Positions 1 through 10,257 of a DNA stretch of 64,000 nucleotides are shown in pieces (the first letter of the stretch is position 1; each line of letters begins with the position of its first letter). Source of the stretch: Promethearchaeota archaeon (lineage in GTDB: Archaea > Asgardarchaeota > Lokiarchaeia > Sigyniarchaeales > SOKP01); NCBI GenBank assembly GCA_019058245.1, contig JAHPZJ010000010.1:78224-142223 (forward strand), given 5' to 3'. A model generated the notes under the pieces. It made no database searches. It saw nothing but the letters and a program-made list of their open reading frames with translations, and was not told the origin of the DNA. The position numbers were made by a program, and so were the translations under genes.

Positions 1-63
1 ACTAAGCATCTGTGATAATTTCTCAATTTCATTTTCACTGTCTTTAGTAACCATTGATTTCAT
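1..63 (-). CDS. 5' end of a gene running off the left edge (MKSMVTKDSENEIEKLSQMLS...)
   Basis: ATG at 63-61 with an open frame to the edge; divergent from the ATP-grasp gene. Confidence 0.4.
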   Translation of the reverse strand, partial: MKSMVTKDSENEIEKLSQMLS

Positions 64-144
64 ATATGTTTTATAAGAACTTAAATTTATTTAAAAATTA
101 GTGCTATAGAATAATTAAGTAATTTATTTTTATGTGAAATTAAA

Positions 145-1017
145 ATGGAAGTAATGATAATAAGTCCTAATTCAAAGGATCCTGAAGTTCAAATTCTTTC
201 TAATGAATTTAAAAATCGTGGATATGAAGTTCGCTTTTTTATTCCATCAACAATTAAAGTCGGGATTGGATTCCAACCTAAATTTTCCGAACAGTTTGAT
301 CTTCTTGAGCCAAGAGCGGGATTAGTAAGAGGCTTTGGTGCTGCAGCTACTCAGAAAATATTTTCTAGACTTGATATTTTAAGGGCTATTGAAGAATATG
401 ATGTTAAATTAATTAATTCCAGAGAATCATTAGAGATTGCAAGTGATAAATTTTTAAGTTCTATATTTTTGGAAAAATATCAAATTCCAACACCAAAAAC
501 AATGATTTGTGAAGATTCCCATCAAGCTTTAAAAGCTTTTGATGAATTAGGGGGAGATTGTGTTTTAAAACCCCTATATGGCTCAAAAGGGATTGGTATA
601 ACTAGGTTGAATGATAGAGCTTTTGCCGAGAACGTGTTATATTCTCTAGATCAATTAAACCATGTTTTTTATTTACAAGAATTTATTGAGCATCAAAATC
701 GAGACATTAGGATCTTAGTATTAGGAGATAAGGTTATTGCTGGTATGTATCGAGTAAGTGATAGTTGGAAGTCAAATATTTATGCGGGTGCTAAAGCAGA
801 ACCTATTGAATTAACTAATGAATTAAAAAACCTTGCTATCAAAGCAGCAAAAGTAACAAAAACAAAAATAGCAGGTGTAGATATACTAGAAAGTGAAAAA
901 GGTTTTTCTGTAATTGAAGTAAATTCAATTCCCGGTTTTACAGCTTTACAAAAAGTATCAGATATAAATATTGCTGAAGAGATAATAAATTTCTTTCTTA
1001 ATGATGCTAAATCTTGA
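145..1017 (+). CDS. RimK-family ATP-grasp alpha-L-glutamate ligase (MptN/CofF-like)
   Basis: Motifs IN..ASDK, VLKPLYGSKGIG, LQEFI, DIRILV, WKSN, AGVDILE, EVNSIPG. Confidence 0.85.
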   Translation: MEVMIISPNSKDPEVQILSNEFKNRGYEVRFFIPSTIKVGIGFQPKFSEQFDLLEPRAGLVRGFGAAATQKIFSRLDILRAIEEYDVKLINSRESLEIASDKFLSSIFLEKYQIPTPKTMICEDSHQALKAFDELGGDCVLKPLYGSKGIGITRLNDRAFAENVLYSLDQLNHVFYLQEFIEHQNRDIRILVLGDKVIAGMYRVSDSWKSNIYAGAKAEPIELTNELKNLAIKAAKVTKTKIAGVDILESEKGFSVIEVNSIPGFTALQKVSDINIAEEIINFFLNDAKS

Positions 1018-1062
1018 TGTTTTTAATTTAAAAATAAAAAAAAGATATTTTAATGTAGATGT

Positions 1063-1407
1063 TTATAGCTCTTCTATTAATGCAACTAAAAACGCAATAA
1101 CCAATAGGACACATGCCCAAATTCCTGCTCCAAATACTATAAGCAAAATTGCTAAAATGAGAAATGTAAGCCAATGAAAGGGGATTGGATCATTTGGTCT
1201 AAATCCTGTTATAAAGGTTATTATTACAATAACTAAACCAATAATGAAAATAAGGACTCTTTCTAAAGCTACTAAAGGCGCAACAAATCCATAATCTCGA
1301 TACCCTGGAAATCCTGCTAGATATAAAATTAGGAATACTAATCCTATGAATGCGCCGAGTATTACCAATATTTGTATTAAATTTTCATTTTTGTACTTCC
1401 TTGTCAT
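1063..1407 (-). CDS. Small membrane protein of unknown function
   Basis: 114 aa with 3-4 hydrophobic segments. Confidence 0.7.
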   Translation of the reverse strand: MTRKYKNENLIQILVILGAFIGLVFLILYLAGFPGYRDYGFVAPLVALERVLIFIIGLVIVIITFITGFRPNDPIPFHWLTFLILAILLIVFGAGIWACVLLVIAFLVALIEEL

Positions 1408-1551
1408 ATTCTATCATCTTTTTTTTAATGAATATTTTTTATTAAGATTCTAAATAATAAAAGCATTTAATATTTTCTTTTCTGAAATATTGAAAAGTAT
1501 TATAAATGGGATTATAAATCTTTATTTAACATTTAAGCCAATTTAATAATT

Positions 1552-2496
1552 ATGAGCTTAAAGTACAATCAAACAAAAAATAAAATTATTGCCCATACAT
1601 ATTCTATTGTTGCCAGAGACCCTAAAACAGGCGAAATGGGTGTTGGAGTACAGAGTCACTGGTTTTCGGTGGGGAGTGTTGTCTCTTGGGGAGAGGCAGG
1701 AATTGGAGTTGTCGCAACACAATCACTTACGAATAAGTCTTTTGGATTACGAGGGCTTGATCTTCTAAAAGAAGGAAAATCTCCTCAAGAAGCTATAGAT
1801 ATACTACTCTCAGATGATGAAGGGAGAGATGTAAGGCAAGTTTCTATTCTGGATACTAAAGGAAGGGTAGCTACCCATACAGGATCAAAGTGTATTAAGC
1901 ATGCTGGTCACAAATTAGGAAATAATTTTTCTGTTCAAGCAAATTTAATGCTTTCTGACAAGGTATGGCCAGTTATGGCTGAAGTATATGAAAAAAGTGA
2001 GAATCTATCATTACCAGAGCGAATTGTTAAAAGTCTAGAAGCGGCAGAATCAGTTGGAGGAGATATAAGAGGAAAGCAGTCTGCCGCTTTATTGATTGTT
2101 GCTGGTGAATCAACAGAAAATAAATGGGAAGACCTTCTTATCGATCTTAGAGTAGAGGATCATATAGAACCATTAAAAGAGTTAAACAGATTACTAAAAG
2201 TTTATCGCGCATATGAGCATATGAACAATGGGGATCTTGCTATAGAAAAAGGTGATATAGATATTGCATTTAAAGAATATGAAACTGCTCAGAAAATGCT
2301 CCCAGAAATCCTAGAAATAAAATTTTGGGTAGCTGTCTCTTTAGCTAATCAGAAAAGGATGAATAAGGCGACTGAGTTGTTTAAAGAAGTTTTCAAGAAA
2401 GATAAAAATTGGCGTATTCTTACAGAAAGACTCCCGCATTCAGAATTATTAAATCTAAGTGATGATGATCTAAAAAAAATTTTATCATTAAAATAG
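1552..2496 (+). CDS. DUF1028 Ntn-hydrolase-like protein with TPR-like C-terminus
   Basis: TYSIVARDPKTGEMGVGVQS, VATQS, GGDIRGKQSAAL, DLRVEDH; helical tail. Confidence 0.85.
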   Translation: MSLKYNQTKNKIIAHTYSIVARDPKTGEMGVGVQSHWFSVGSVVSWGEAGIGVVATQSLTNKSFGLRGLDLLKEGKSPQEAIDILLSDDEGRDVRQVSILDTKGRVATHTGSKCIKHAGHKLGNNFSVQANLMLSDKVWPVMAEVYEKSENLSLPERIVKSLEAAESVGGDIRGKQSAALLIVAGESTENKWEDLLIDLRVEDHIEPLKELNRLLKVYRAYEHMNNGDLAIEKGDIDIAFKEYETAQKMLPEILEIKFWVAVSLANQKRMNKATELFKEVFKKDKNWRILTERLPHSELLNLSDDDLKKILSLK

Positions 2497-2579
2497 CATT
2501 ACTGAGGGTTAATCCTTAATTCATTGATATTATCACGATATTTTTTAGTTTTAAATAATATCGTTATTGAAAGAAAAAT

Positions 2580-2744
2580 GTGATTGAAGAAAAAATTGCA
2601 CGTTATAAAAATGGAATTATTACTGCAAAAGAGCTATCTAAAGGAAGATATGCTGATCGAACTTACTATGATAATTTAATTTCTAAATTTGAAAGGATAT
2701 TAAGGTTCTACGAAGATTTAAAAACTTGGAAAGAATTCACATAA
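2580..2744 (+). CDS. Small hypothetical protein, 54 aa (MIEEKIARYKNGIITAKELSKGRYADRTYYDNLISKFERILRFYEDLKTWKEFT)
   Basis: GTG..TAA ORF filling an intergenic gap, below the ORF-track length cutoff; amphipathic helix pattern. Confidence 0.55.
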   Translation: MIEEKIARYKNGIITAKELSKGRYADRTYYDNLISKFERILRFYEDLKTWKEFT

Positions 2745-2869
2745 GTTTAAGTATATAATTATTTCTCAAATCCTTAATATTAATCGAATCTATATTATAT
2801 ATAGAATGTAATGTTCATACATCTCTTAGAGTTAAGTTTTCTATTTTTACATTGATTTATTTACTCATA

Positions 2870-3478
2870 TTAAAATAAATGTAGTCCAAATTCTTTTTTT
2901 AAAATTTGATAAATTTTGTGCATAGGTAAACCTAATACATTTGAAGTAGAACCAATTATCTTACTTATAAACAAGTTTGCTTTATCCATTATTGAATAGG
3001 CTCCAGCTCTTCCCTTCCATTCATTAGTTTTGATATATTGCCATATTTCTTCATCAGTGAGTTCAAGGAATTCGACAATTGTGGTATCAGTATCAAAGAT
3101 AATTTTAGAAGTTTGAATATCAGTAATTGCGATTCCTGTAATTAGTTTATGAGATTTTCCTACTAATCTTTTAAGAATACTAAATGCTTGTTCCTCATTA
3201 TGAGCTTTTCCAATAATTTCTCCATTAAGTAATACAATAGTATCTGCAGCAATAATAATTCCGTCTATTTTCTTTTTTATTAATTCATTTTTTGCATATA
3301 ACATTTTTGCTTTAGCGAGTTCTTTCACAAGTTCAATTGCATTTGGAAATTTTGTTTTGTATTTCTCTTCTTTAATATTAGTGACAAATATTTCAAATGG
3401 AATTAGCGCGCGTTTGAGGATTTCACTTCGATCACTTGATTTTGAAGCGAGGATAATTCTTTTCAAAATTATTATCAC
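2870..3478 (-). CDS. maf: Maf-family nucleoside triphosphate pyrophosphatase
   Basis: IILASKS..R, AADTIV..GK, GRAGAY, NVLGLP. Confidence 0.93.
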   Translation of the reverse strand: MIIILKRIILASKSSDRSEILKRALIPFEIFVTNIKEEKYKTKFPNAIELVKELAKAKMLYAKNELIKKKIDGIIIAADTIVLLNGEIIGKAHNEEQAFSILKRLVGKSHKLITGIAITDIQTSKIIFDTDTTIVEFLELTDEEIWQYIKTNEWKGRAGAYSIMDKANLFISKIIGSTSNVLGLPMHKIYQILKKEFGLHLF

Positions 3479-3642
3479 ATTCTTGAAATTTGATATTTGT
3501 CTTAGAAAAAGTTCATTATTTTAGTAAATTTTTGTATTTAGTATTATTTAAAATAAACAATTTCATTTGTCTTAGAAATAAATTTATTTGACTAATTTTT
3601 ATACCCAAATATCAACTAATTATTAATTAAATCAATCTAATT

Positions 3643-4746
3643 ATGGAATACTTTTGGATTTGTTATTTATTAATTTTATTTTCTTTTTTTTTTATTCTTT
3701 TTAGTTATTTGCATTTTGCTTATAAACCAAACGTTCTAAATAACTTACTTGGATTTGGGGCTACCTTTTTTGTTTTTTTTAATATAGCTATGATGTTGGT
3801 ATTAATGAATCAGGATCTCGCACTTCGTCCATTTTTTATACCTTTTTGGTTATTTATTTTTGGGATTCCCATACTAACTGTAGGTATCTTAATTATTTTC
3901 AGTACTGGATTGTCTTTTTTAGCTAAAAACATATCTAATAAAGATTTATCTAAATATAAACAAAAAATAATTAGAAAAAACGCCAACTTAAGTAAATATA
4001 AAAAAGACATCCTTCGAAAGTCTAATCATGTTTTAATTTTTATTTGTTTTCTAATTGCTTGGTATATTGGTTTAGTACTTGCCAACCATTTTACTGGAAG
4101 CTCAAAAGGAATGATCCCTGAAGAAAATAATATGCTTTTATTATATTTCAAAATTGTAAGTACCCCAAATTCAATTGCAAATGTTCTTTTTTCACTAGGA
4201 TGGTTTTATTATCTATTATTTGTTATATTTTATATTTTAAATCTATTTATGCTTGCTAATGAGTTTACAAGAAAATCTCGTTTTATTTCTTTCCCTTTTA
4301 ATTTTTTTTCTAAAGTTTATCTTTCAAATGAGGAACAAGAGAATTATGGGACTTATCTTTATTTTACGATTGGTCAGATGTTTGCTTCCTTTATTTGTCC
4401 TCCAATGGTATTTCTTGCTATTTTAGGTATAAGTTCTATTGGTGATTTGATGACAAGTCAAATAGGTATAAGAATCGGAAAAAAACATATTTCTTGGAAT
4501 CAAGATAAAACTTGGGAAGGCGCTCTAGCAGGAATAATTACAACTTTTATTATTAGTTTTTTTTTTATAGGTTTATTTTGGTCTATAATTTTTTGTATTA
4601 TTTTTTTTGCGTTTGACATTTTAACAAACAAACCAATCAAAGTATCAGACAATCTCCTAATCCCAATTGGTCTAAGCATATCATTTATATTCATCAGATT
4701 TTTTTGTAATTTTAATTCTTTTTCTATTATAGTTCAATGGCTTTAA
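3643..4746 (+). CDS. CTP-dependent polyprenol/diacylglycerol kinase family membrane protein (SEC59/Dgk1/phytol-kinase-like)
   Basis: RKxxH, GD...IG..IGK, KTWEG, SDNLLIP; many TM segments. Confidence 0.78.
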   Translation: MEYFWICYLLILFSFFFILFSYLHFAYKPNVLNNLLGFGATFFVFFNIAMMLVLMNQDLALRPFFIPFWLFIFGIPILTVGILIIFSTGLSFLAKNISNKDLSKYKQKIIRKNANLSKYKKDILRKSNHVLIFICFLIAWYIGLVLANHFTGSSKGMIPEENNMLLLYFKIVSTPNSIANVLFSLGWFYYLLFVIFYILNLFMLANEFTRKSRFISFPFNFFSKVYLSNEEQENYGTYLYFTIGQMFASFICPPMVFLAILGISSIGDLMTSQIGIRIGKKHISWNQDKTWEGALAGIITTFIISFFFIGLFWSIIFCIIFFAFDILTNKPIKVSDNLLIPIGLSISFIFIRFFCNFNSFSIIVQWL

Positions 4747-4798
4747 ATCCTATAATCCTATTTTAAGGCAGTAAAAATTTTTAAATCATTCAGCTTTA

Positions 4799-5842
4799 AT
4801 GGTTAACAGTATGTACTTTTTACCTACAAGCATAATTTTCATTGGATATTTTATTTTAACCTTAATTTATACCTTAAAAAATAGGAAGGAAAAGATCAAA
4901 AATCACTTATTTAGTAATGAACTAGTAATCGCTTCATTATTTTTATTAGCAGGAATTTTATATCCCTATATCTATAGCTTTCATTCACCAAATTTAAGTC
5001 AAAATTCATTAAATTATTTATGGTTATTTACATCCACCATTTTTCTAGTTGAAATGGGTGTTTGGTTTCTTACCTTAATATATAATACTATTATTTCAAA
5101 AAGAAATCCTAAAATTATGGCTGAACGGGATTATAATAAATTTTGTGAAGACTTTAATAATAATTGGCAAGATAATTTAAAATCTGAAGTTGGTCGTAAA
5201 TTATTACACTTATTTACATGTTTTGTGATTTTTTTTTTTTGGACATTAGGAACTATCCTTGATAATTTGGGTATTTTATCTCAATGGGGATTAGATTATT
5301 ATAGTTTTTCTTACTGGTTAATAGTCACTGTAGGATTTGGATTTGTCATAATGTTTCAAGTCGCTGACTTGACACGATTAAATAAATTTTATATGCTCCC
5401 TAATTGGGCTAAGCGTTGGTATCGAGACATGAAACAAAGTGAACTAAATACATTTATAGCCTCTACTCCCTTAGTATTATCTTTTATTCCATTTCTTTTT
5501 GCACCCTTTCCTATTTTCGCTTCAGTAGCATTAATCACAACAGGTGCAGATGCTGTAGCATGTTTAATCGGTAAAAAATATGGAAAACACTATCTAAAAA
5601 CAAATTCTAAAAAAACAATTGAGGGTTTTATTGCAGGAGGGTTTACTACTTTTATGATAGTAATTTTCATTTCTATAATATATAATCCTTGGTTACAAGT
5701 AGGTTTTGAAAAAATAATTTTTATGAGCTTGATTGCTACTTCTTTATTTTTATTAGTTGATGCATTTGCCAAAAATATATCTGATAATATTTTAAATCCA
5801 TTATTAACCGGATTTGGAATGTGGATAATATTTTTGATTTAA
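4799..5842 (+). CDS. Second CTP-dependent polyprenol/diacylglycerol kinase family membrane protein
   Basis: RKLLHL, ADAVACLIGKKYGK, KKTIEG, SDNILNP. Confidence 0.8.
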   Translation: MVNSMYFLPTSIIFIGYFILTLIYTLKNRKEKIKNHLFSNELVIASLFLLAGILYPYIYSFHSPNLSQNSLNYLWLFTSTIFLVEMGVWFLTLIYNTIISKRNPKIMAERDYNKFCEDFNNNWQDNLKSEVGRKLLHLFTCFVIFFFWTLGTILDNLGILSQWGLDYYSFSYWLIVTVGFGFVIMFQVADLTRLNKFYMLPNWAKRWYRDMKQSELNTFIASTPLVLSFIPFLFAPFPIFASVALITTGADAVACLIGKKYGKHYLKTNSKKTIEGFIAGGFTTFMIVIFISIIYNPWLQVGFEKIIFMSLIATSLFLLVDAFAKNISDNILNPLLTGFGMWIIFLI

Positions 5843-5885
5843 AATTATTAAATATTAAAAAATACCAATAAGAAGTTAATAATTT

Positions 5886-6176
5886 TTATCCTCCAAAATA
5901 AATATAAATGAAAACAACTTGATCTTCATCCTTTAGTAATGTTTCCAAGAATTTATCGTGACGATAGCTCCTCCCATTGATAATAATTGAAAGAAGTTTG
6001 TTAAAAACACCCCTTTCTCCTTTTTCCCAGATTAAGTCAATAAATTTATTACCATATTTTTGTCCAAAGTAATCAATTAATTCATTTAAAGTCAATTCTT
6101 TATCAAATTCAAGAACTTCGAACACATTTTTAGTAATTTCATTAAAAGGCGGAGAAAATTCGAGATTTAACTTCAT
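5886..6176 (-). CDS. MoaD/ThiS/SAMP ubiquitin-like sulfur carrier
   Basis: 96 aa; IIINGR..L.DED.V.F and C-terminal GG. Confidence 0.85.
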   Translation of the reverse strand: MKLNLEFSPPFNEITKNVFEVLEFDKELTLNELIDYFGQKYGNKFIDLIWEKGERGVFNKLLSIIINGRSYRHDKFLETLLKDEDQVVFIYIYFGG

Positions 6177-6296
6177 TTTTAATGATAATGCTTTCTTTTT
6201 ATATTTTCTATAAATTAAATATTAACAACTGATTAAAAAGTTGATTATAATAAAAAATAAAAAATTTAGAGAAGAATTTTTATATTCAATTTTGAA

Positions 6297-6497
6297 TTAA
6301 TCATCTTCTTTTGCTTCTTTCATCCCTTTCTTTATCCCTTTCTTCAAGCTTCCAGATTTAACAGCTTTTTTCGCACCTTTACCAGCTGCTTCTGAACCTG
6401 TTACTCCTTCTACTAATTTTCCTAAACCTTTTGCGAAACCTTTCTTTATTTTCTTTCCCATTTTACTTTTCTTCTTTTTTTCTTCGTCGTCACCCAT
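6297..6497 (-). CDS. Small Lys/Gly-rich basic protein
   Basis: 66-aa ORF with GAGGTTGA SD-like motif upstream. Confidence 0.65.
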   Translation of the reverse strand: MGDDEEKKKKSKMGKKIKKGFAKGLGKLVEGVTGSEAAGKGAKKAVKSGSLKKGIKKGMKEAKEDD

Positions 6498-6789
6498 TAT
6501 ATTTCAACCTCTTGTCTATTTATAAGTTTATACGTCTTTTTTTTTTTCTTTAAAATCAATTCAGTTATAAAAAAAGTAAATTCATATATTAAGATAATGT
6601 CAATTCTGATATAATAAATGTTTTGAAAATCTAAAATAATGTACCTTTAAAAGAAACGATTTAAATGAATTAATAATTCAATGAACTCAATAATTTTTTT
6701 ATTAAAATTTTAACAAATATATTCTAATATTGTAAATAGTAAATATCCCTATCAATAAATAACAAATTAATAGTTTTGTACAGTTCAAA

Positions 6790-7794
6790 ATGGCTAAAGT
6801 ATTTTTTATTTCAAAAAATAATGTTCGAGATGCTTGGTTGTCTGCTTTAGGTCAAATATTATATAATGGTGATGATATTAAAACTGAGTATGATAAGCCA
6901 GAAGATCCTCCTTCTAAGGATGCTTCAGTTTTAATAGAAATAAAAGATCCTTTCAGTAGTCCTATAACACGAAAAGATAAAACTCTAAAAATAAAATCTA
7001 AATTTGGCAACTCTTATGAAATCTATGGCAGTATAGCCGATACTTATTTAATAGGATCGATTCAAAGTGGTTATATTGAAGAGATTTTGGATGGAATAAA
7101 TGATCATTATTTATTTGAGTCTGGAGCGAGTTTTCCATATTCTTATCATGATAGAATTTTCAATTATACTCCTTACGCTCTTGAGGATACTATCCACACC
7201 TATTATGATGTAGATTTTGTTGAAAGTGAATTTGTTAAAAAACATCAGAAGTTAATTAAAGCAGAAATGATAAAATTTTCAGAAGATAAGGTTATATGGA
7301 AATTAAAGAATGGTGTGGAATTTGAATTAGATAAAAATATTTCGCAGAGAATGGGAATAAAACAAATACCATTAGGTATTCTTAATTTTCCAAGAATCAA
7401 CCAAATTGAATATATTATAAATAAATTAAAAGAAAAACCATATAGTCGCCGAGCACAAGCAATAACTTGGAGACCACTTATAGACCCCTTTCATGTAGAT
7501 CCTCCTTGTTTGCAACGAATCTATATGCGAATTAAAGAAGGGAAGTTATTAATGCAGACAACATGGAGAAGTAGAGATTTATTCAGAGCTTGGGAAGCTA
7601 ATGTAAATGGAATGATTAGAATCCAAAAATATGTTGCTGAAAAATTAGATGTAGAAATTGGTCATTATTTGGATTTCAGCAATTCACTTCATATTTATGG
7701 AAGAACTATTTCTGAAGTAAAAGATATGCTAGAACGCATGAAAAGTAGAGGAGCATTACCTGAAGAAATTATTAATAAGATGGAAGGAGAATGA
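6790..7794 (+). CDS. thyA: Thymidylate synthase (archaeal ThyA type) with a large insertion
   Basis: YSYHDR, NQIEYII..L, SRRAQAITW, DPPCLQ, RSRD, SLHIY. Confidence 0.85.
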   Translation: MAKVFFISKNNVRDAWLSALGQILYNGDDIKTEYDKPEDPPSKDASVLIEIKDPFSSPITRKDKTLKIKSKFGNSYEIYGSIADTYLIGSIQSGYIEEILDGINDHYLFESGASFPYSYHDRIFNYTPYALEDTIHTYYDVDFVESEFVKKHQKLIKAEMIKFSEDKVIWKLKNGVEFELDKNISQRMGIKQIPLGILNFPRINQIEYIINKLKEKPYSRRAQAITWRPLIDPFHVDPPCLQRIYMRIKEGKLLMQTTWRSRDLFRAWEANVNGMIRIQKYVAEKLDVEIGHYLDFSNSLHIYGRTISEVKDMLERMKSRGALPEEIINKMEGE

Positions 7795-7825
7795 TATTCA
7801 CAAAACACGTTTTTTAAATATAGTT

Positions 7826-8440
7826 TTAAGTTTCACGTAAATAATTCAAAGAAAAAATAACTAGGTTTGAAAGAAAATCAATTATTTTTTCATCTGTATC
7901 AAATAATTCCATTATAGATAAATGATGATATAAAATCGCATTAATAAGATTATAAATAAAGATAAAAGTCTCAACTAATTTTTTCTCAGGTATTTGCTTA
8001 AAGCTTTCATTTGTCATTCTTAATTCTTGTGCCATATTTTTGAAAAAAATAAAAACTTCCTTTTTCTGTGAATTAAGTAGGTTTTTATCAGATTGTATAG
8101 CAGATCTAAAAGCTATTATGTATCCTTTGTTTTCAAGATGATTCTTATATAATTCTAAAATAAAATGATTGAGGAATTCTCTAATGTTTTTATTATTGAC
8201 ACTTATTAAATTAATTCTTTTAAAAAAGTGTTTCATTGATTCCTCAAAATATTTTCTTATTATATCTTCTTTTCCCTTAGGAAAATATTTATATATAGTA
8301 CCTATACTAATTTTAGCTGATTTTGCTACATGATTGGTGCTTGTTTTATGATATCCCCTTTTTAAAATTAGTGTGAAAAATGTTTTATAAATCAAATCTA
8401 TTTTTTCTTGTTTATTTCGTGAAAATTTTTTAGATGACAT
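7826..8440 (-). CDS. TetR/AcrR family regulator (likely start ATG 8440)
   Basis: GYHKTSTNHVAKSAKISIGTIYKYF HTH; the longer 8497 start would overlap the operator/promoter region. Confidence 0.88.
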   Translation of the reverse strand: MSSKKFSRNKQEKIDLIYKTFFTLILKRGYHKTSTNHVAKSAKISIGTIYKYFPKGKEDIIRKYFEESMKHFFKRINLISVNNKNIREFLNHFILELYKNHLENKGYIIAFRSAIQSDKNLLNSQKKEVFIFFKNMAQELRMTNESFKQIPEKKLVETFIFIYNLINAILYHHLSIMELFDTDEKIIDFLSNLVIFSLNYLRET

Positions 8441-8454
8441 AATAATTACAATAA

Positions 8455-8497
8455 ATGAGCAATTACTCATAAAGTTTATAAGCGAGTAAATACTCAC
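8455..8497. promoter_or_regulatory. Twin palindromic operators flanking a TATA box between the divergent tetR and methyltransferase genes
   Basis: ATGAG-CAATTA-CTCAT (8455-8470) and GCGAG-TAAATA-CTCAC (8482-8497) around TTTATAA. Confidence 0.65.
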
Positions 8498-8530
8498 TTA
8501 TTATAATATAATTAAAACAAATATTTAAAC

Positions 8531-9427
8531 ATGATTCAAGAAATTGTTACCGAATTTAATAAATCCAATAATCAAAACGATGTTTCTAAAGTAGAAAGTA
8601 TTATTTCTCCAATATTTTCTGGAAAAGATAAAGAGAGTAAGCAATTTCGCGAAAATATAAAGGGATTATTATTGGATGCTATGAAAAATGCAGGAACTAA
8701 TTCTTTTCAAAGAAATGCTTTTTGGTTTTATGTGAAAAAAACTATTACTAAAGGTTTAAAAAATGGAAAGCCAATAATAGAAGTGGAAGAGAGTTTGCGA
8801 AATTTTATTAGAAAGCATGTGGATAGAGATAAAGATATTAAGTCTCAAGAATTCAAATTTGCTAAATTGAGGTTTGAAAATATTAAAAACTACATTGTAG
8901 GAGATAAAATACTCGATCTGGGTGCGGGAAATGGTCTTTTAGCTTTAGAAATTAAGAAACAGCTTAAAAAAGAGGTTTTATTGGTTGATATAATTGATTA
9001 TAACTATACAGATCTTCCAATTATAATATTTAATCCTAAAGATCCTCTACCTATTGCTAATGAGGAAGTGGATACTACTATTCTCTATTGTGTTTTGCAT
9101 CATGCAAGTAATCCTGAACATTTATTGCATGAAGCAGCGAGAGTTACTAAAAGACGCTTAGTAATTAAAGAAAGCTATATTGAGAAAGAGAATATCATGA
9201 TAACTAATAGTTTTGTTGATTGGTTTTTTAATCGAGTGATTGGTGATGAAGATATAAATGTTCCACTTAATTTTCTTAAAATTAAATCATGGGAGACTCT
9301 TCTCAAATCATATGGTTTTACTGTAATTGAAACTAAATATGTTGGCACAGATGAGCCAGCAGTCCCGGAACATCATGTATTTATTATTGCTGAAAAATCT
9401 AATTCTATATATTCTAATTATCATTAA
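8531..9427 (+). CDS. Class I SAM-dependent methyltransferase
   Basis: ILDLGAGNG, VDIID, VLHH...LLHEAARV. Confidence 0.88.
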   Translation: MIQEIVTEFNKSNNQNDVSKVESIISPIFSGKDKESKQFRENIKGLLLDAMKNAGTNSFQRNAFWFYVKKTITKGLKNGKPIIEVEESLRNFIRKHVDRDKDIKSQEFKFAKLRFENIKNYIVGDKILDLGAGNGLLALEIKKQLKKEVLLVDIIDYNYTDLPIIIFNPKDPLPIANEEVDTTILYCVLHHASNPEHLLHEAARVTKRRLVIKESYIEKENIMITNSFVDWFFNRVIGDEDINVPLNFLKIKSWETLLKSYGFTVIETKYVGTDEPAVPEHHVFIIAEKSNSIYSNYH

Positions 9428-9455
9428 GTTGAATTTGAATATGGTTTTAAAGTTG

Positions 9456-10226
9456 TTAAAAAATTTTTGGGAAAATCTTTTGGGAATTCTTCTCTATTTG
9501 TTGTTCTAATTCTTTTGAATCAATGTTCTTTAGTTTAGAGATTGTATTTAAAACTTCTCGAATCATTGCTGGAGTGCCGATTTTTCCTGAATATTTAACA
9601 GGACCATCACTTTCAAGCAAAATAAATTCTTTTTCAACTTTTAAAACGGTATTTTTTACTGCTGGGGAATATGATATTGCTGGAGTAATTGAGAAATAAT
9701 AACCTCTGTCTATTCCCATATTTAAATATTGTTCAGGACCAGAATACCAATGAATATTTATATTAGGAATTGAATATGATGGAAGTATATCAAATACAAT
9801 TTTTTCAGCACCTTTAATATGCAAATTAACCGGTAATTCTAATTCTTGTGCTAGTGAAAGCATTTTTTCAAAAACTTCCTTTTGAAATGGATATAACTCC
9901 TTTTCTTTAATAAAGTGATGATCTAAACCAATTTCCCCTATTACACAAATTTTTTCTTTATTTTTTCTAATTATATCAATTGCTGAATCCAATTGTTTTT
10001 CTAGATCTCTATTCATTTTCACTTCTTCAGGATGGATTCCTAATGCGGGATATATAATATCATATTTATCAGAAATCTCTAAAATCCGTTCTAGACTAAT
10101 TACACTCATTCCAACGGAGATTATTTTTCGAACTCCAGCATTTTTTGCTTCCTTAATAATCTCATCAATAACTAAATAGAGATTAGCATGACAATGGATA
10201 TCTATTAACATTCTATAAACCCTCAA
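9456..10226 (-). CDS. tatD: TatD-family metal-dependent nuclease
   Basis: DIHCH, GIHP, IGEIGLD, LH, IHW, LESDGP. Confidence 0.92.
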   Translation of the reverse strand: MRVYRMLIDIHCHANLYLVIDEIIKEAKNAGVRKIISVGMSVISLERILEISDKYDIIYPALGIHPEEVKMNRDLEKQLDSAIDIIRKNKEKICVIGEIGLDHHFIKEKELYPFQKEVFEKMLSLAQELELPVNLHIKGAEKIVFDILPSYSIPNINIHWYSGPEQYLNMGIDRGYYFSITPAISYSPAVKNTVLKVEKEFILLESDGPVKYSGKIGTPAMIREVLNTISKLKNIDSKELEQQIEKNSQKIFPKIF

Positions 10227-10257
10227 AAAAGCCTTGAAAACGTAAAAAGTAGGAAAG

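Noticed and set aside
7168-7395. Intein in ThyA
   Set aside because: No Cys/Ser start with His-Asn end and no splicing blocks
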